DNA from: a virus
Lineage: Duplodnaviria > Heunggongvirae > Uroviricota > Caudoviricetes
Length of the DNA stretch: 57,226 nucleotides
Virus record (IMG/VR): IMGVR_UViG_3300025896_000022
Strand: one strand, 5' to 3'
In this document: positions 20,901-30,512 of the stretch, piece by piece
Numbering within the stretch: the first letter of the stretch is position 1
Layout: the number at the start of each line of letters is the position of its first letter
Notes under the pieces: model-generated
What the model saw: only the letters and a program-made list of their open reading frames with translations
What the model was told of the DNA's origin: nothing
Database searches by the model: none
Translations under genes and position numbers: made by a program

Positions 20901-23790
20901 TGCAAGGTTTCAAGAACATCCAGACTTATTAAAAAAATGGTATCAAGATAATACAGTTACAAAACCTAAAGCAGAATGGTATGAAGAACTTTCTAGTTTA
21001 TATGAACAACGTGCAGAATTATTTGGTCAAGATCAAGCAGTTCTTGATTTAATAAAAGAACGTAGTGATATATTAAGACCACACAAAGTTGCTGGTATAT
21101 TACAATCTCAACATGTGTCGTCTGAAGAAATAATTAAACTTGAAGAAATTGACGCACATTTAGAATCAATCTTTGAAGGTAAAGGTAAAACTGATTTAAC
21201 TCCTGATCAACTGCAAAAAAATGCTATTATCAAAGAACAAATTAATAGAATATCTGCACCACAATTAACAGCATCATACATTAGAACCAGAGATGGAAAA
21301 ATTAAATCTTTATATAATGCAAAGAAACTATTTGTAAATGCACAAATAGAATTAGAAAAAGCAGAAAAATCTGGTGATGCAAATGCAATTGATATTGCTT
21401 CAAAAACTGTAGTTTTTTATGGAGGTCAATTTTCAATTGAAGAAGATAAGTTTAAAATTTGGTATAATGATTTTCATCAATTTGCTTATGAAAATATATT
21501 AGATAGTGAAGAAGATATTTATAAAAAAATGGTTGCAAAATCATTTAATTATCAAAAACTTCCTGCACCTTCAGTTGCCGCACAATATAATGAAACTGTG
21601 CCACATCCTAAATATAAAATTAAAAAGTTAAAAGAAAGTTCTTATAATCCAGATTTTTTAAAATCACCAGATGGTATTCCTATGCCAAAAGGAGTTTATC
21701 AAGATTCTGACAAAGTTTATAAGATAGATCCTTTGACTGTAAAGACTGAAAATATTAATTTAAAATATCTTGGTTTAATGCGTGACCAAGAACTATTTGA
21801 TTTTTATAATAAGTTAACTGCATTATTTTTTGATTTACAAACAAAAACAGATGGTAAAAAAATTGGATACAAAGTTCCTGGATTTTCATCTACACTTATG
21901 CAAAACTTTTCTAGAGATGGAGTTGTCGCAGGTTCTAAAAATAGATGGGACCAATATGTAGATAAAGCATGGAAAACACATGGTGTTCAAGATGATGTCA
22001 GTAATACATTTGGTGATAATGGTGGAAGAATTAGACAAAGGTTTAATGACCAACTACCTGAAAACATGCAATCTAAAGATGCTATTGGTTGTTTAATTAA
22101 ATGGACAACAGAAGCACATTATAATATTGCAATGCAAGAAGTTGCACCTGTTGCAGATATTGCAATAAAAGGTATTGAGTTAATGTCTGAAGATTTAAAA
22201 AAATCTATTCAGAATAAAGCAGTTGTAACTGATAGTGAAGGAAGACCTATTGATATGAATAAACGTCTTGCTGAAACTGAGAATGTTATTTCTATTTTAA
22301 AATTTGAAAGAAGAAAGTTTATTAATGGTCAAGATCAGTCATTAACTTATTTAAATAGAAAACTTACAAAGATTGTTAACAATGTAATGTCATATACCAG
22401 TTTTATAAGAATTGGATTTGATGTTGTAAATCAAACTAAAAACTACGTTTCTGGTAATGTTCAAGCATTTATTGCTGCAGGTGGTTTAAAAGGTGATCAT
22501 TATAGTCAAGAAGATTACATGTGGGCAAAAGGTCAAGTATATGGACTAGGTGAAAATGGATTTTTAAAAAACTATTATGGTGATTGGGGTAAAGTAAGTG
22601 ATATAAGTAAATCAACTATGTTATATAGATTATTTAATCCAATGCAAAAAGATTACTTAAAATATGTTGATGAAATTACTGGTACATCTGGAAGAAGATT
22701 ATTATCTAAAGCAATGAATGTACAAGAATTAGGATATATGTTACAAGATAAAGGTGATACTGAAATTGGTGTTACTGTGATGTATGCAATTCTTAATCAT
22801 TATAAATTTAAAACTTTTGATATAGATGCTACTACAGGTGAAAAAGTATATAGAAAAAATGCAGATGGTTCTGATGAAACTATTTCTGGTCATGAAGTAT
22901 ATATTAAAGACACTGATGGTATAATTACTAAAAGAAAAGATGTAGAATATACACAAGAAGATGAAAACAGATTACGTCATACAATCTATTCAGAAATGCG
23001 TAAAGCACAAGGTAACTACGCTAAAGCAGATGAAACTGCATTTGAAGAAGATGTAGTTGGTAAACTTGTATTTTTCTTTAGAAAATATGTTGTACCTCAG
23101 ATGTTAAATAGATTTGGATACTTAAGACCAAATTATGAATCTGGTGAAGTTGCAGTAGGATACTGGCGAGCATTTGCAACTGCATTAAGATACTATGGTC
23201 CAGGAGAAGTTTTAAAACATATGACACTAGGAAGTAAACATATGTTTAGAACTAATAAAAGTAAAATGAATGATTTTTACAGTAGAAAAGTTAATCAAGC
23301 AAAACGCGATGCATTAATGATGGCATTGACAACTGTATTAGGTATGATGGCATTAATGTATGTAAGAAGAAAAGATGATGATGATAAAGAATTATCATTT
23401 TTAGAAGGTAATGTTGTTAGGTTATTATGGAGTGTTCAAGGTGAGACAACATCTATGTTTCCAATTGGAGGTGGTTCTGCAGAATATATTAAAAACTTTA
23501 CAACTTTTACAGCATATGCAAGAGAGTTTCAAATGCTTACAAAAACAAGTGGTCACATGTTAAATACATTATTAGCATATACACTTAATAGTGGTGAAGA
23601 ACCTACTGATCAAGATAGTGAGTTTTACCATGAAATATGGAAAAATGCTTTTTATATGAGAAAAGCAGGAGGATATGAACAAGGTGATGCCAAACTTATG
23701 AAAGATTTTTATGATTTAACTGGTATAAAAAACTTTAGAGATATGGCAGATCCAAACTGGAGAATTGATATTATGAAACGTAATCAATAA
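17902..23790 (+). CDS. Giant putative ejected protein with N-terminal PD-(D/E)XK nuclease domain, 1962 aa
   Basis: FGTFMHDVLE...PEITL...GRLDLLLI...KVFDFKT (D at 18631, DFK at 18673-18681)...WTLQLKAY. Long coiled-coil middle and a hydrophobic helix near the C-terminus (ALMMALTTVLGMMALMYV). Confidence 0.75.
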   Translation: MTNCININDPLFKELVAAFNGNEALARTACTLNEDVIPSVDEAKVLIANMKIEENDERHVRHSDHFKLERTKDQYVVLQNISIFANDSQRAAISKLVKNNQEYQEFLQKNIDLRDAGKNTLPSYSVTSFIGSSDFKGDQTKYEAFKLFGTFMHDVLEKAQIEALKKSESIDAILSEEFFNKTYEKYLEKNPFYIEELSKEKIFDMAQRVAKHVSINKDEGYLILPEITLAGKDTHGNFIVGRLDLLLISNTGKVKVFDFKTKKVHNMVYNNAFNQQVIDKDRAFVNLASTQYVVKDKPGMADSLKKVNLSRTAYDNWTLQLKAYENMLGQIGLVAEDSKIVALMYQTDANNKFLGDVLHIFQGNNYWDYATHASVPGDNGYWKTDPFRTTERINEYRDAIDIEIPIGDKEIEDELKKNFQNLEFTPTEDENKKLIDAIKSEYDKQIKEVYDRINELKSQGKDTEQLHELLNVRKSTLITFKQYIDRVSDTDLGYERNFFNILAATEEDLKKISNLSEVAIQSFRKGTLEFSNKDVTQINESFSRSKGLNDIIDVLKSIINDAEKNPENDISPSSPVRQKLYELEMSHLTIEANFREASVLALVKIAMTPGEYVYNKVSEQTREALEPKIAKLEEELANMKLGKAANIFQSVKGSLISFMSKDFKQKIKDKVGGGELGNQLLENIQRAELELIRLKEYAATGLEYNIESLKKYVTAVTDPESQIYIGSQDIYNSTSIFSGLLLDKGIATASNSDLFLSSMVQMYKNAGAKAIHSIQNSLVAIQFDKSRDSLLKRFTVEQLNDEISEWREYTVTNKTTGEKETKRSLNFVKVSSNDYQNTFKEHSDKLQEYNTELRNLEAEANKKFNTPEYQSAKQNLLDKRKKKETYNTEYIKWLIENSSLPFNETFYKLQALMPEEIRNELQEKYFEIQQITYDVGKGNEILLEDYDFDRLKDLEDDIRVLREKAKKINPDYATYMEEFNNLFEFDTNHAFYERREKNAIARFQEHPDLLKKWYQDNTVTKPKAEWYEELSSLYEQRAELFGQDQAVLDLIKERSDILRPHKVAGILQSQHVSSEEIIKLEEIDAHLESIFEGKGKTDLTPDQLQKNAIIKEQINRISAPQLTASYIRTRDGKIKSLYNAKKLFVNAQIELEKAEKSGDANAIDIASKTVVFYGGQFSIEEDKFKIWYNDFHQFAYENILDSEEDIYKKMVAKSFNYQKLPAPSVAAQYNETVPHPKYKIKKLKESSYNPDFLKSPDGIPMPKGVYQDSDKVYKIDPLTVKTENINLKYLGLMRDQELFDFYNKLTALFFDLQTKTDGKKIGYKVPGFSSTLMQNFSRDGVVAGSKNRWDQYVDKAWKTHGVQDDVSNTFGDNGGRIRQRFNDQLPENMQSKDAIGCLIKWTTEAHYNIAMQEVAPVADIAIKGIELMSEDLKKSIQNKAVVTDSEGRPIDMNKRLAETENVISILKFERRKFINGQDQSLTYLNRKLTKIVNNVMSYTSFIRIGFDVVNQTKNYVSGNVQAFIAAGGLKGDHYSQEDYMWAKGQVYGLGENGFLKNYYGDWGKVSDISKSTMLYRLFNPMQKDYLKYVDEITGTSGRRLLSKAMNVQELGYMLQDKGDTEIGVTVMYAILNHYKFKTFDIDATTGEKVYRKNADGSDETISGHEVYIKDTDGIITKRKDVEYTQEDENRLRHTIYSEMRKAQGNYAKADETAFEEDVVGKLVFFFRKYVVPQMLNRFGYLRPNYESGEVAVGYWRAFATALRYYGPGEVLKHMTLGSKHMFRTNKSKMNDFYSRKVNQAKRDALMMALTTVLGMMALMYVRRKDDDDKELSFLEGNVVRLLWSVQGETTSMFPIGGGSAEYIKNFTTFTAYAREFQMLTKTSGHMLNTLLAYTLNSGEEPTDQDSEFYHEIWKNAFYMRKAGGYEQGDAKLMKDFYDLTGIKNFRDMADPNWRIDIMKRNQ

Positions 23791-23802
23791 TAGTTGAAAT
23801 TA

Positions 23803-23822
23803 TTTTTTGTATATTATTATAT
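23803..23822 (+). promoter_or_regulatory. Putative phage promoter (T-run-GTATATTA motif)
   Basis: ttttttgtatattattatat lies 13 nt before the ATG at 23836. A similar motif occurs at 30513-30532. Confidence 0.35.
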
Positions 23823-23835
23823 AATATAAATTGTT

Positions 23836-25179
23836 ATGTCTAAAATAATTGTACCATTACATGTCACAAACTTTACAGGTTCAGTTGGTTCAGTTGATCC
23901 AGGGTTTAAAAAATTCTATTTAAAAAATGGATATTTTAAACTTTATGATGGTTCACTTGTATCTGATTTAGTTTTAGATAGACCATTAGATGGATTTACA
24001 CCAATTACTGGTATAATTTCTTCATCTGATACAGTATTAATTGCATTAGAAAAATTACAATATGCAATTTCTAATACTGTATATAGTGGTGGTTCTTTAC
24101 AAAGTGTTACTGATAATGGTGCTGTTACAAACAATACAATAACAATAACAAATATTGCAAATACAAAATCAGTATCATTAAATTCTGAAGGATATTTATC
24201 ATTATCAAAAGATAATACTTTTTATGGTAAGTTAAAAACTAATAATATTTTACATGATATAACACTTGAATATCCAAATAAACCACAAGGTACATATACA
24301 ATTGCTACAACAAGTGATGTTACAGTTTCTGAGACAACTGCTCCAATAACAGCTGATTTAGAAGTTGGTGGTATTGCCGCACAACAAGTTATTCCTAGTG
24401 GAACTGATATACAAGAATTTGTTACATTATTATTAAATAAAACATATTATCCTGTTTTAACTGCACCTACATTTTCATTAACAAATAATGCAGGTGTAAG
24501 AGAGATTGGAAGTAATGCCTTATTAACTCTTACTTTTAATTTTTATAGAGGCGATATATTAGGTAATATAGTTTCTAGTATATGGCAACCAAATGCTACA
24601 CAAGGATATAGAGCTGGAACTTCAACAAGTTACACAATAAACGGAAATTCACAAGGTAGTAATATTTTATCTATATCGCCAACTCTTTTAGCAGGTGGTA
24701 ATACTTTTAATGCTACAGTTACTTATGGAACTGGCATACAACCAATAGATAGTAAAGGAAATCCTTATGATACGCCATTACCTAGTGCAACATCATCGAC
24801 ACAGTCAACAACAGTACAAGGTATTTATCCTTACTTTTGGTATAAATCATCTTCTCCAATTACTGCTGTTAGTATGCAAACAGCAATTGCAAATGGAAGT
24901 GCAACAAAAGTTGTCGGTGTATCAACTGGAACAATAACTATCACATTTGCTGCTGTTGGTGAATATTTAGCATTTGCTTATCCTGAAACTTCTACAACAA
25001 AAACAGTATGGTATGTTACTGCTTTAAGTACTGGTTCAATTCCAGGAGGAGTATTTGGATCAGCAACAGTTTTGTCATGTAATTCACCAACATCATTATG
25101 GTCTGGAATAAATTATAATATACATGTAACTGCTGGATTAATCACTGAATCAGCACAAATGCAACTTAGAAATTCTTAA
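23836..25179 (+). CDS. Virion structural/fibre protein
   Basis: Thr/Ser/Gly-rich beta-type composition with a GSLQSVTDNG motif. First gene of a coupled fibre cluster. Confidence 0.55.
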   Translation: MSKIIVPLHVTNFTGSVGSVDPGFKKFYLKNGYFKLYDGSLVSDLVLDRPLDGFTPITGIISSSDTVLIALEKLQYAISNTVYSGGSLQSVTDNGAVTNNTITITNIANTKSVSLNSEGYLSLSKDNTFYGKLKTNNILHDITLEYPNKPQGTYTIATTSDVTVSETTAPITADLEVGGIAAQQVIPSGTDIQEFVTLLLNKTYYPVLTAPTFSLTNNAGVREIGSNALLTLTFNFYRGDILGNIVSSIWQPNATQGYRAGTSTSYTINGNSQGSNILSISPTLLAGGNTFNATVTYGTGIQPIDSKGNPYDTPLPSATSSTQSTTVQGIYPYFWYKSSSPITAVSMQTAIANGSATKVVGVSTGTITITFAAVGEYLAFAYPETSTTKTVWYVTALSTGSIPGGVFGSATVLSCNSPTSLWSGINYNIHVTAGLITESAQMQLRNS

Positions 25180-25181
25180 TC

Positions 25182-27152
25182 ATGGCAATAAATTTAACAG
25201 ATAATATAAGGGTAGGGCAACAAAAACCTCTTGATGATAAATACTTTAATGGGTTATCACCATGGGCAAATGAAACTGCTGTAAAAAATCAAACAACTGG
25301 TATTGCAACTGGTTTAAGATATAGAGGGTTAACTGTAAACATTGCAGGAGTTGAGTGGTGGTGGAAAGATGGTATTGCTGACAATCAATTAGTTATAAAA
25401 TCTGTTGATTTAACAGGATATGTACCATTTACTGGAGCTACTCAAGAAGTTGATTTAAATACACAAGATTTAAAAGCAGGACAAATTTGGTTATGGGATC
25501 CCTTTGTACCAAATGGAGATGGTATTGGAGACTATGGTAGAATCTATATAGAAAATGATGAGTTTCATGTAAGAGGAGGAAATCCATTATGGACACATAA
25601 TATATTCTATACATCAGATGCAGGTATAACAAACTTTAAATACCAAGGATTTGATGTAAGATTAAATGCAACTTTATTAACAGATAGTAGAGAATGGCAT
25701 TACCCTGATAAAGATGGTACAATTGCATTATTAGATGATGTTACTGCATCTACAGTAACAAAAACTTCTCAACTTATAAATGATGGAGATAATGGTACAA
25801 CTCATTTTATTTCATTAGAAGATTTACCATCAAATTTAACTTTATATGCAACAAATGTAGCAAGTGGAATAAACTCATATACAAAAGCAGTATCAAGTTT
25901 AACAGACCCTGATTTTAACCCTGCTCCAGGAGTAGATATTACTACCCCATCTCTTACTTCAACAACAGTAGGAACTTATTGTGGAGGTATAATTTCATCA
26001 TCAAATATTATAACTGGTAATCCTGGTATTTTTACTATGAGTACTATAGGAAATATCAAGAAAGTATCAGGAAGTGCAGATGCTGTTTTTTATTATGAAG
26101 TATATAAAAGAACAGCAGAAGGAACAGAAACTCTTATAGTAACATCTTCAAATACTGCACCTGTATCTAGTAATATATATACAGAATTTAACGCTGCTGC
26201 TTTATTTAATAATGGACTTTTTGTGGCAACAGATAGAATTGTTATAAAATTTTATGGATTAAAACTTAGTAATGCATCAAGTCCTGTTTATTCTTTTCAA
26301 TTTGGAGGCACAAGTCCAGTAAGAACAACCTTACCAGTACCGTTGACTGTTGTACCAACATTAAAGTTAGATGATTTACAAGATGTTACAGTTCCAAGTC
26401 CAGCAAGTGGAAATTTATTATTTTGGAATAGTACAGCATGGGTAAATAGTCCACTTTCTACTATATTAGGGTATACACCAAAACCACAACGTAGAAGAAC
26501 TTTTAGTAATTTAAATTATTTAGTTTTATCAGATGATGTTTATGTAGGACAAATTGGAACTTTGACAGGACAAGTTACTGTAACCTTACCTTTAGCAAAT
26601 ACTGTTGCAGCAGGTTATGAAATTATAATTGCTGATGATAGTGGAACAGTTACATCAACAAATTCTATATTAATAGCAAGGTCTGGTTCAGATACAATTG
26701 TAGGGAACACTTCAGTAACAATAGGTGCTGCTTTTGGTATGAGAAGATTTTTTTCTGATGGTGTAAGTAAATGGAGTTATGATGTTGGAGCTTTAAGAGC
26801 ATCTAATAATTTATCTGATGTATCTAGTTCAACAACAGCATTGTTAAATTTAGGTGGAATACCTTTACAAACTCCACAAACAACTGGTGTTGCTTTATCT
26901 TTTGTAGCAGATTCAGTTTATGGTACTATTAGTTCTCCTGAAACAGGTAACATTACTTTTAATACTACAAATGCAAAACTAGGAGTGACTAATATAATTA
27001 TTCATAATAATACAACTACAGCACCAACATTTGCTACTAATATGAAAAAACTTTCAGGTAGTAGTTCTTATGTGATAAATACAATTAATTACATATACAT
27101 AACGTATATAAATGCTACAGAAGTTATTTATTCAATAAATCAAAGAACCTAA
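25182..27152 (+). CDS. Fibre/spike structural protein
   Basis: N-terminus MAINLTDN...PLDDKY...RYRGLTV is of a type I recall in Bacteroidota phage fibres. Contains LDDLQDV and ASNNLSDV fibre-like motifs; Thr/Ser-rich. Confidence 0.55.
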   Translation: MAINLTDNIRVGQQKPLDDKYFNGLSPWANETAVKNQTTGIATGLRYRGLTVNIAGVEWWWKDGIADNQLVIKSVDLTGYVPFTGATQEVDLNTQDLKAGQIWLWDPFVPNGDGIGDYGRIYIENDEFHVRGGNPLWTHNIFYTSDAGITNFKYQGFDVRLNATLLTDSREWHYPDKDGTIALLDDVTASTVTKTSQLINDGDNGTTHFISLEDLPSNLTLYATNVASGINSYTKAVSSLTDPDFNPAPGVDITTPSLTSTTVGTYCGGIISSSNIITGNPGIFTMSTIGNIKKVSGSADAVFYYEVYKRTAEGTETLIVTSSNTAPVSSNIYTEFNAAALFNNGLFVATDRIVIKFYGLKLSNASSPVYSFQFGGTSPVRTTLPVPLTVVPTLKLDDLQDVTVPSPASGNLLFWNSTAWVNSPLSTILGYTPKPQRRRTFSNLNYLVLSDDVYVGQIGTLTGQVTVTLPLANTVAAGYEIIIADDSGTVTSTNSILIARSGSDTIVGNTSVTIGAAFGMRRFFSDGVSKWSYDVGALRASNNLSDVSSSTTALLNLGGIPLQTPQTTGVALSFVADSVYGTISSPETGNITFNTTNAKLGVTNIIIHNNTTTAPTFATNMKKLSGSSSYVINTINYIYITYINATEVIYSINQRT

Positions 27153-28837
27153 TGAGTTTTAGAAGAGCAATGATGATGGCTTCTAATTATGTTAGAAGTG
27201 TAATGCAGAGTTTTGTAATAAGAACCTCTGCATTAAATGCTTGGTATGAAGCAGACTATTGTTTAGAACGTTCGTTAGATGATTTGAATAAAAAAGATTT
27301 ATTATATAACGCATCATTAGTAGTTACACCAAATTCATATAAAGAATCTAATTTATATGCTGTTATTTCTAATAGTTCTGTAGGAAATATAGTATTCACA
27401 AGGGCATCAACTGCTACAATATTAAATAGTTCAGGAGTTGTTGAGATAGTACCTTCTCAAAACTTATTACCGCAATCTGAAACATTTAATACAACTTGGA
27501 CTATAGTAGGAGGATTTGTAACTGTATCAACAAATACTAATGTAGCTCCTGATGGTACATTAACAGCTGATTCAATATTTGAAACTGCAGCGGTAGGAAC
27601 ACATCAATTAAGCACACCCGGAACAGTTAATATTATTGCAGGACAAACATATAATTTTAGTGTGTATGTCAATAGAAATTCAACAAGAAATATTAGTATA
27701 TCATTAGGAGCAACTAGATTATATGCAAACTTTATAGCAAGTACAGGAGTAGTTGGTTCAAATGGCGCAGATGGGATTAATTTTTCTTTTGGTTCTTATT
27801 CTTCAATAATAATAAATTCTAATTGGTTGAGAGTTTCTGTAACAGGAACAGCACTTATAACTTTTGCTACATATGCTAGATTAACTTTGGACAATAGTCC
27901 AACAGCCACAGGTGGTGCAACACCAAGTTACCTTGGAGATGTTACAAAAAGTATTATTGTTTGGGGTGCACAAATTACACAAACATCAACAGTACAACCA
28001 TATTTCCCTACAACAACAAGATTTAATGTACCAAGAGCAAATTATTTAATTGGCGATACCTGTCCTACATTATTATTAGAGCCTCAGAGAAGTAATTTAT
28101 ATCTAAATTCAGCAACTCTTGTAACTCAAACTAATGTTGTAGTAACAGCAACAGCATACACAGTTTCGCTTTACGGAACAGGGACAATAACATTTACGGG
28201 AGCTTATATTGGTTCGTTAGTTGGCACAGGAGTTAATAATTTAGTATCTATAACATTTACCACTACAACTGCATCTTTAATTAGTACAGTATCGGGAAGT
28301 ATTACAAATGCTCAATTAGAAGCAGGTAGTTTTCCAACGTCTTATATACCCACAACAACAACTTTAGTTACAAGAATAATAGATGCTCTAACAATTCCAA
28401 CTCCATATACAAGTAATCTTATTACATCATTAGGAGGAACTCTTTTATTAGATTTAAAAGATGTTAAATCATTAATTAGACAAGGAACAGGTAATGGAAT
28501 ATATATTGGAGATAGCACAATAAATACAAGTAACTGTTTTGTAATAAGAGGAAATAATACTATAGCTACATTTCCTTTAATTTTAAAATATGTAGCAGGA
28601 ACTGTTTCAACATTATATACATTAAATGCAGCATCTTCAAAAATAGTAATAAAGTGGAATGGAACATATATAAACATTTTTATAAATGGAACACAAGTAA
28701 TTACAAATAGTACTTTTACAACTACTAATATGAATAATTTTATATCTAATTCTGAATTTGTAACCAATATAAAAATAATGGCATTATATCCTCTTCCATT
28801 AACAAATGCTCAATGCTTATCACTTTCAACTCAATAA
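27152..28837 (+). CDS. Spike/fibre protein with lectin (LamG/ConA-like) type domain
   Basis: FTRASTAT..NSSGVVE..NLLPQSE, VWGAQ, CPTLLLEPQRSN and AQLEAGSFPTSYIPT motifs are typical of phage lectin-like fibre proteins. Start overlaps the previous stop. Confidence 0.6.
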   Translation: MSFRRAMMMASNYVRSVMQSFVIRTSALNAWYEADYCLERSLDDLNKKDLLYNASLVVTPNSYKESNLYAVISNSSVGNIVFTRASTATILNSSGVVEIVPSQNLLPQSETFNTTWTIVGGFVTVSTNTNVAPDGTLTADSIFETAAVGTHQLSTPGTVNIIAGQTYNFSVYVNRNSTRNISISLGATRLYANFIASTGVVGSNGADGINFSFGSYSSIIINSNWLRVSVTGTALITFATYARLTLDNSPTATGGATPSYLGDVTKSIIVWGAQITQTSTVQPYFPTTTRFNVPRANYLIGDTCPTLLLEPQRSNLYLNSATLVTQTNVVVTATAYTVSLYGTGTITFTGAYIGSLVGTGVNNLVSITFTTTTASLISTVSGSITNAQLEAGSFPTSYIPTTTTLVTRIIDALTIPTPYTSNLITSLGGTLLLDLKDVKSLIRQGTGNGIYIGDSTINTSNCFVIRGNNTIATFPLILKYVAGTVSTLYTLNAASSKIVIKWNGTYINIFINGTQVITNSTFTTTNMNNFISNSEFVTNIKIMALYPLPLTNAQCLSLSTQ

Positions 28838-28838
28838 T

Positions 28839-29081
28839 ATGTATTTTAAAAAATATGAATTTCAATCAGAAGAATATTTTGATTTATTAGTACAAGATAT
28901 TCCATTAGAATCAAACCAAGCAATTGTAAAACTTGGAGAGTTAGTAGTAGGTAAATATTGTGTAGATATATTATGGGAAAATGAAATACCTGTAGATTGG
29001 ACACAATATGAAATATGGGATGTAGAAGGCAATGGTTCTCATACTTTTTTGGGATGGGAATTTGGTATAGATTTAAATTAA
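28839..29081 (+). CDS. Small fibre-associated protein (possible assembly chaperone)
   Basis: The ATG at 28839 is 1 nt after the fibre stop and is more plausible than 28806. Acidic, aromatic-rich 80-aa protein. Confidence 0.5.
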   Translation: MYFKKYEFQSEEYFDLLVQDIPLESNQAIVKLGELVVGKYCVDILWENEIPVDWTQYEIWDVEGNGSHTFLGWEFGIDLN

Positions 29082-29101
29082 CCAATTAATATATAAACAC
29101 A

Positions 29102-29239
29102 ATGGCAGCAAAAACAAACAGTACAACATTTACACCAAAACCTAAAGTAAAAAGACCAGGTGTACACAGCAAATGTAAATCTTCTAAATTAAAAGGAAGT
29201 AAAAATTATTTAAAAGTTTACAATGCACAAGGTAAATAG
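29102..29239 (+). CDS. 45-aa highly basic microprotein (not in ORF track)
   Basis: Translated by hand: MAAKTNSTTFTPKPKVKRPGVHSKCKSSKLKGSKNYLKVYNAQGK*. Fills the gap up to a terminator. Confidence 0.6.
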   Translation: MAAKTNSTTFTPKPKVKRPGVHSKCKSSKLKGSKNYLKVYNAQGK

Positions 29240-29269
29240 AAAAAGGGAGCCATTATAGCTCCCTTCTCT
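29240..29269. terminator. Intrinsic terminator between convergent genes
   Basis: AAGGGAGC-cattata-GCTCCCTT hairpin with flanking A and pyrimidine runs. Confidence 0.75.
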
Positions 29270-29288
29270 ATTATTGGAAATGATAGTA

Positions 29289-29909
29289 TTAATCTCCAAA
29301 ATATTTATATCCATCAGAAACTTCATCTAAGTTTCCTTCTGCTATATTATAACACATTGAACCTAATGTGGATGTTGTATTTTTATTTTTGTCATCTTTT
29401 CTAATAAAATATTTAGATGTTTGCATATATTGATAATCTGAAGTTTCATCAAAAGGTTTTACATACATTTCTGTTGCTTTTAAAACAAACTCCCAATCAT
29501 AATCTGGATATTCAGCAAAAAACCATTTAAATTTTTCAAATAACTCTTTAGGATTTGTTCTAAAACTTACAGAAGAACCTTCTTTTTTCCCTTTAGGAAA
29601 CAAATTATTATATGCAACAATTTTAGATTCCCAGTCTGCAAAAGGAATATCATTTTTAATAATTTTCTTTTTATTAATTAGTATGTCTTCTGATTCTTTC
29701 AACAAGTGAAGACCTTTTGTTGTTATAGTATATGATTTGCCAAATTCATTATCTTTTTTAACAACAAATTTTAATAGTTCTAATCTGTATAATTCTGTTG
29801 ATGTATTAACATAATTTACATAACTAAAACTTTTGTAAATGCAATGTAAAATAAATAACCCATTAGGTGTTATTTCATTTTTTACAAGATGATCATAGAA
29901 ATTTTTCAT
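29289..29909 (-). CDS. Hypothetical protein, possibly DNA-binding/replication-associated
   Basis: 206-aa ORF with a wHTH-like N-terminus (ELYRLELLKFV...YTITTKG). Function is an inference only. Confidence 0.45.
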   Translation of the reverse strand: MKNFYDHLVKNEITPNGLFILHCIYKSFSYVNYVNTSTELYRLELLKFVVKKDNEFGKSYTITTKGLHLLKESEDILINKKKIIKNDIPFADWESKIVAYNNLFPKGKKEGSSVSFRTNPKELFEKFKWFFAEYPDYDWEFVLKATEMYVKPFDETSDYQYMQTSKYFIRKDDKNKNTTSTLGSMCYNIAEGNLDEVSDGYKYFGD

Positions 29910-30187
29910 AGTTTATTTTCTGGATTATTCATTTTTGATTCGTATATGTAATAAGTAACTATTACAGGTTTTTTATTGTAATTATGTAATAAATTAGGAA
30001 TTAGTTTTTTACCACATAATAATGCATATTGTTCTTTTGTATATAAAGCATTTCCTTTTGGACCAATAGTTTTATGTTTTTTTAAACCTAACTTTGATAT
30101 TTTATTTAATACAGATTTATAGTTTATACCTAATTTTTTTGATATTTCTTCAGTAGTATAATATGTAGTTTGATTATTTATTTCCAC
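29906..30187 (-). CDS. Helix-turn-helix DNA-binding protein
   Basis: YYTTEEISKKLGINYKSVLNKISKLGL is an HTH pattern. ATGA-coupled to the next gene. Confidence 0.6.
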   Translation of the reverse strand: MEINNQTTYYTTEEISKKLGINYKSVLNKISKLGLKKHKTIGPKGNALYTKEQYALLCGKKLIPNLLHNYNKKPVIVTYYIYESKMNNPENKL

Positions 30188-30413
30188 TATTAAATTGTTT
30201 TATTAATTCACGTTCATCTTCAAAAGAATATCTATACTTTACATCTTTATATTCTTCTGTAATATAAGGGTTTTGCATTTTTCTAAAGAAATTTTTATCA
30301 TCTTTAGTTTCTACAGCAAGGATAATATGTGAATCTGTATATCCACAAACGTGTCCTTGATATTTGTCATGTACTATTAACATGTTTTTAAATTGCTTAA
30401 ATATTTGTTCCAT
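30174..30413 (-). CDS. Hypothetical protein
   Basis: 79-aa ORF overlapping the next gene's start; first gene of the antisense island. Confidence 0.55.
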   Translation of the reverse strand: MEQIFKQFKNMLIVHDKYQGHVCGYTDSHIILAVETKDDKNFFRKMQNPYITEEYKDVKYRYSFEDERELIKQFNSGNK

Positions 30414-30512
30414 GTTTTTGATTATTTATTTATTATTTTTTAAAAAAAGCAGACTACAAAGATCAAAAAAATAATTTTATTTAATTGTATCTTTTTAATA
30501 ATTATTGTAAAG

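Noticed and set aside
1619-28767. Antisense ORFs inside the giant and fibre genes (e.g. 1822..2172, 4552..4920, 15606..16004, 16491..17015, 28342..28767)
   Set aside because: They are Phe/Ser/Leu/Ile-rich shadows expected from the A-rich codon bias of the sense genes, have no motifs, and are fully nested.
23836-28837. Diversity-generating retroelement acting on the fibre genes
   Set aside because: No reverse transcriptase and no template/variable repeat pair was seen in the window.
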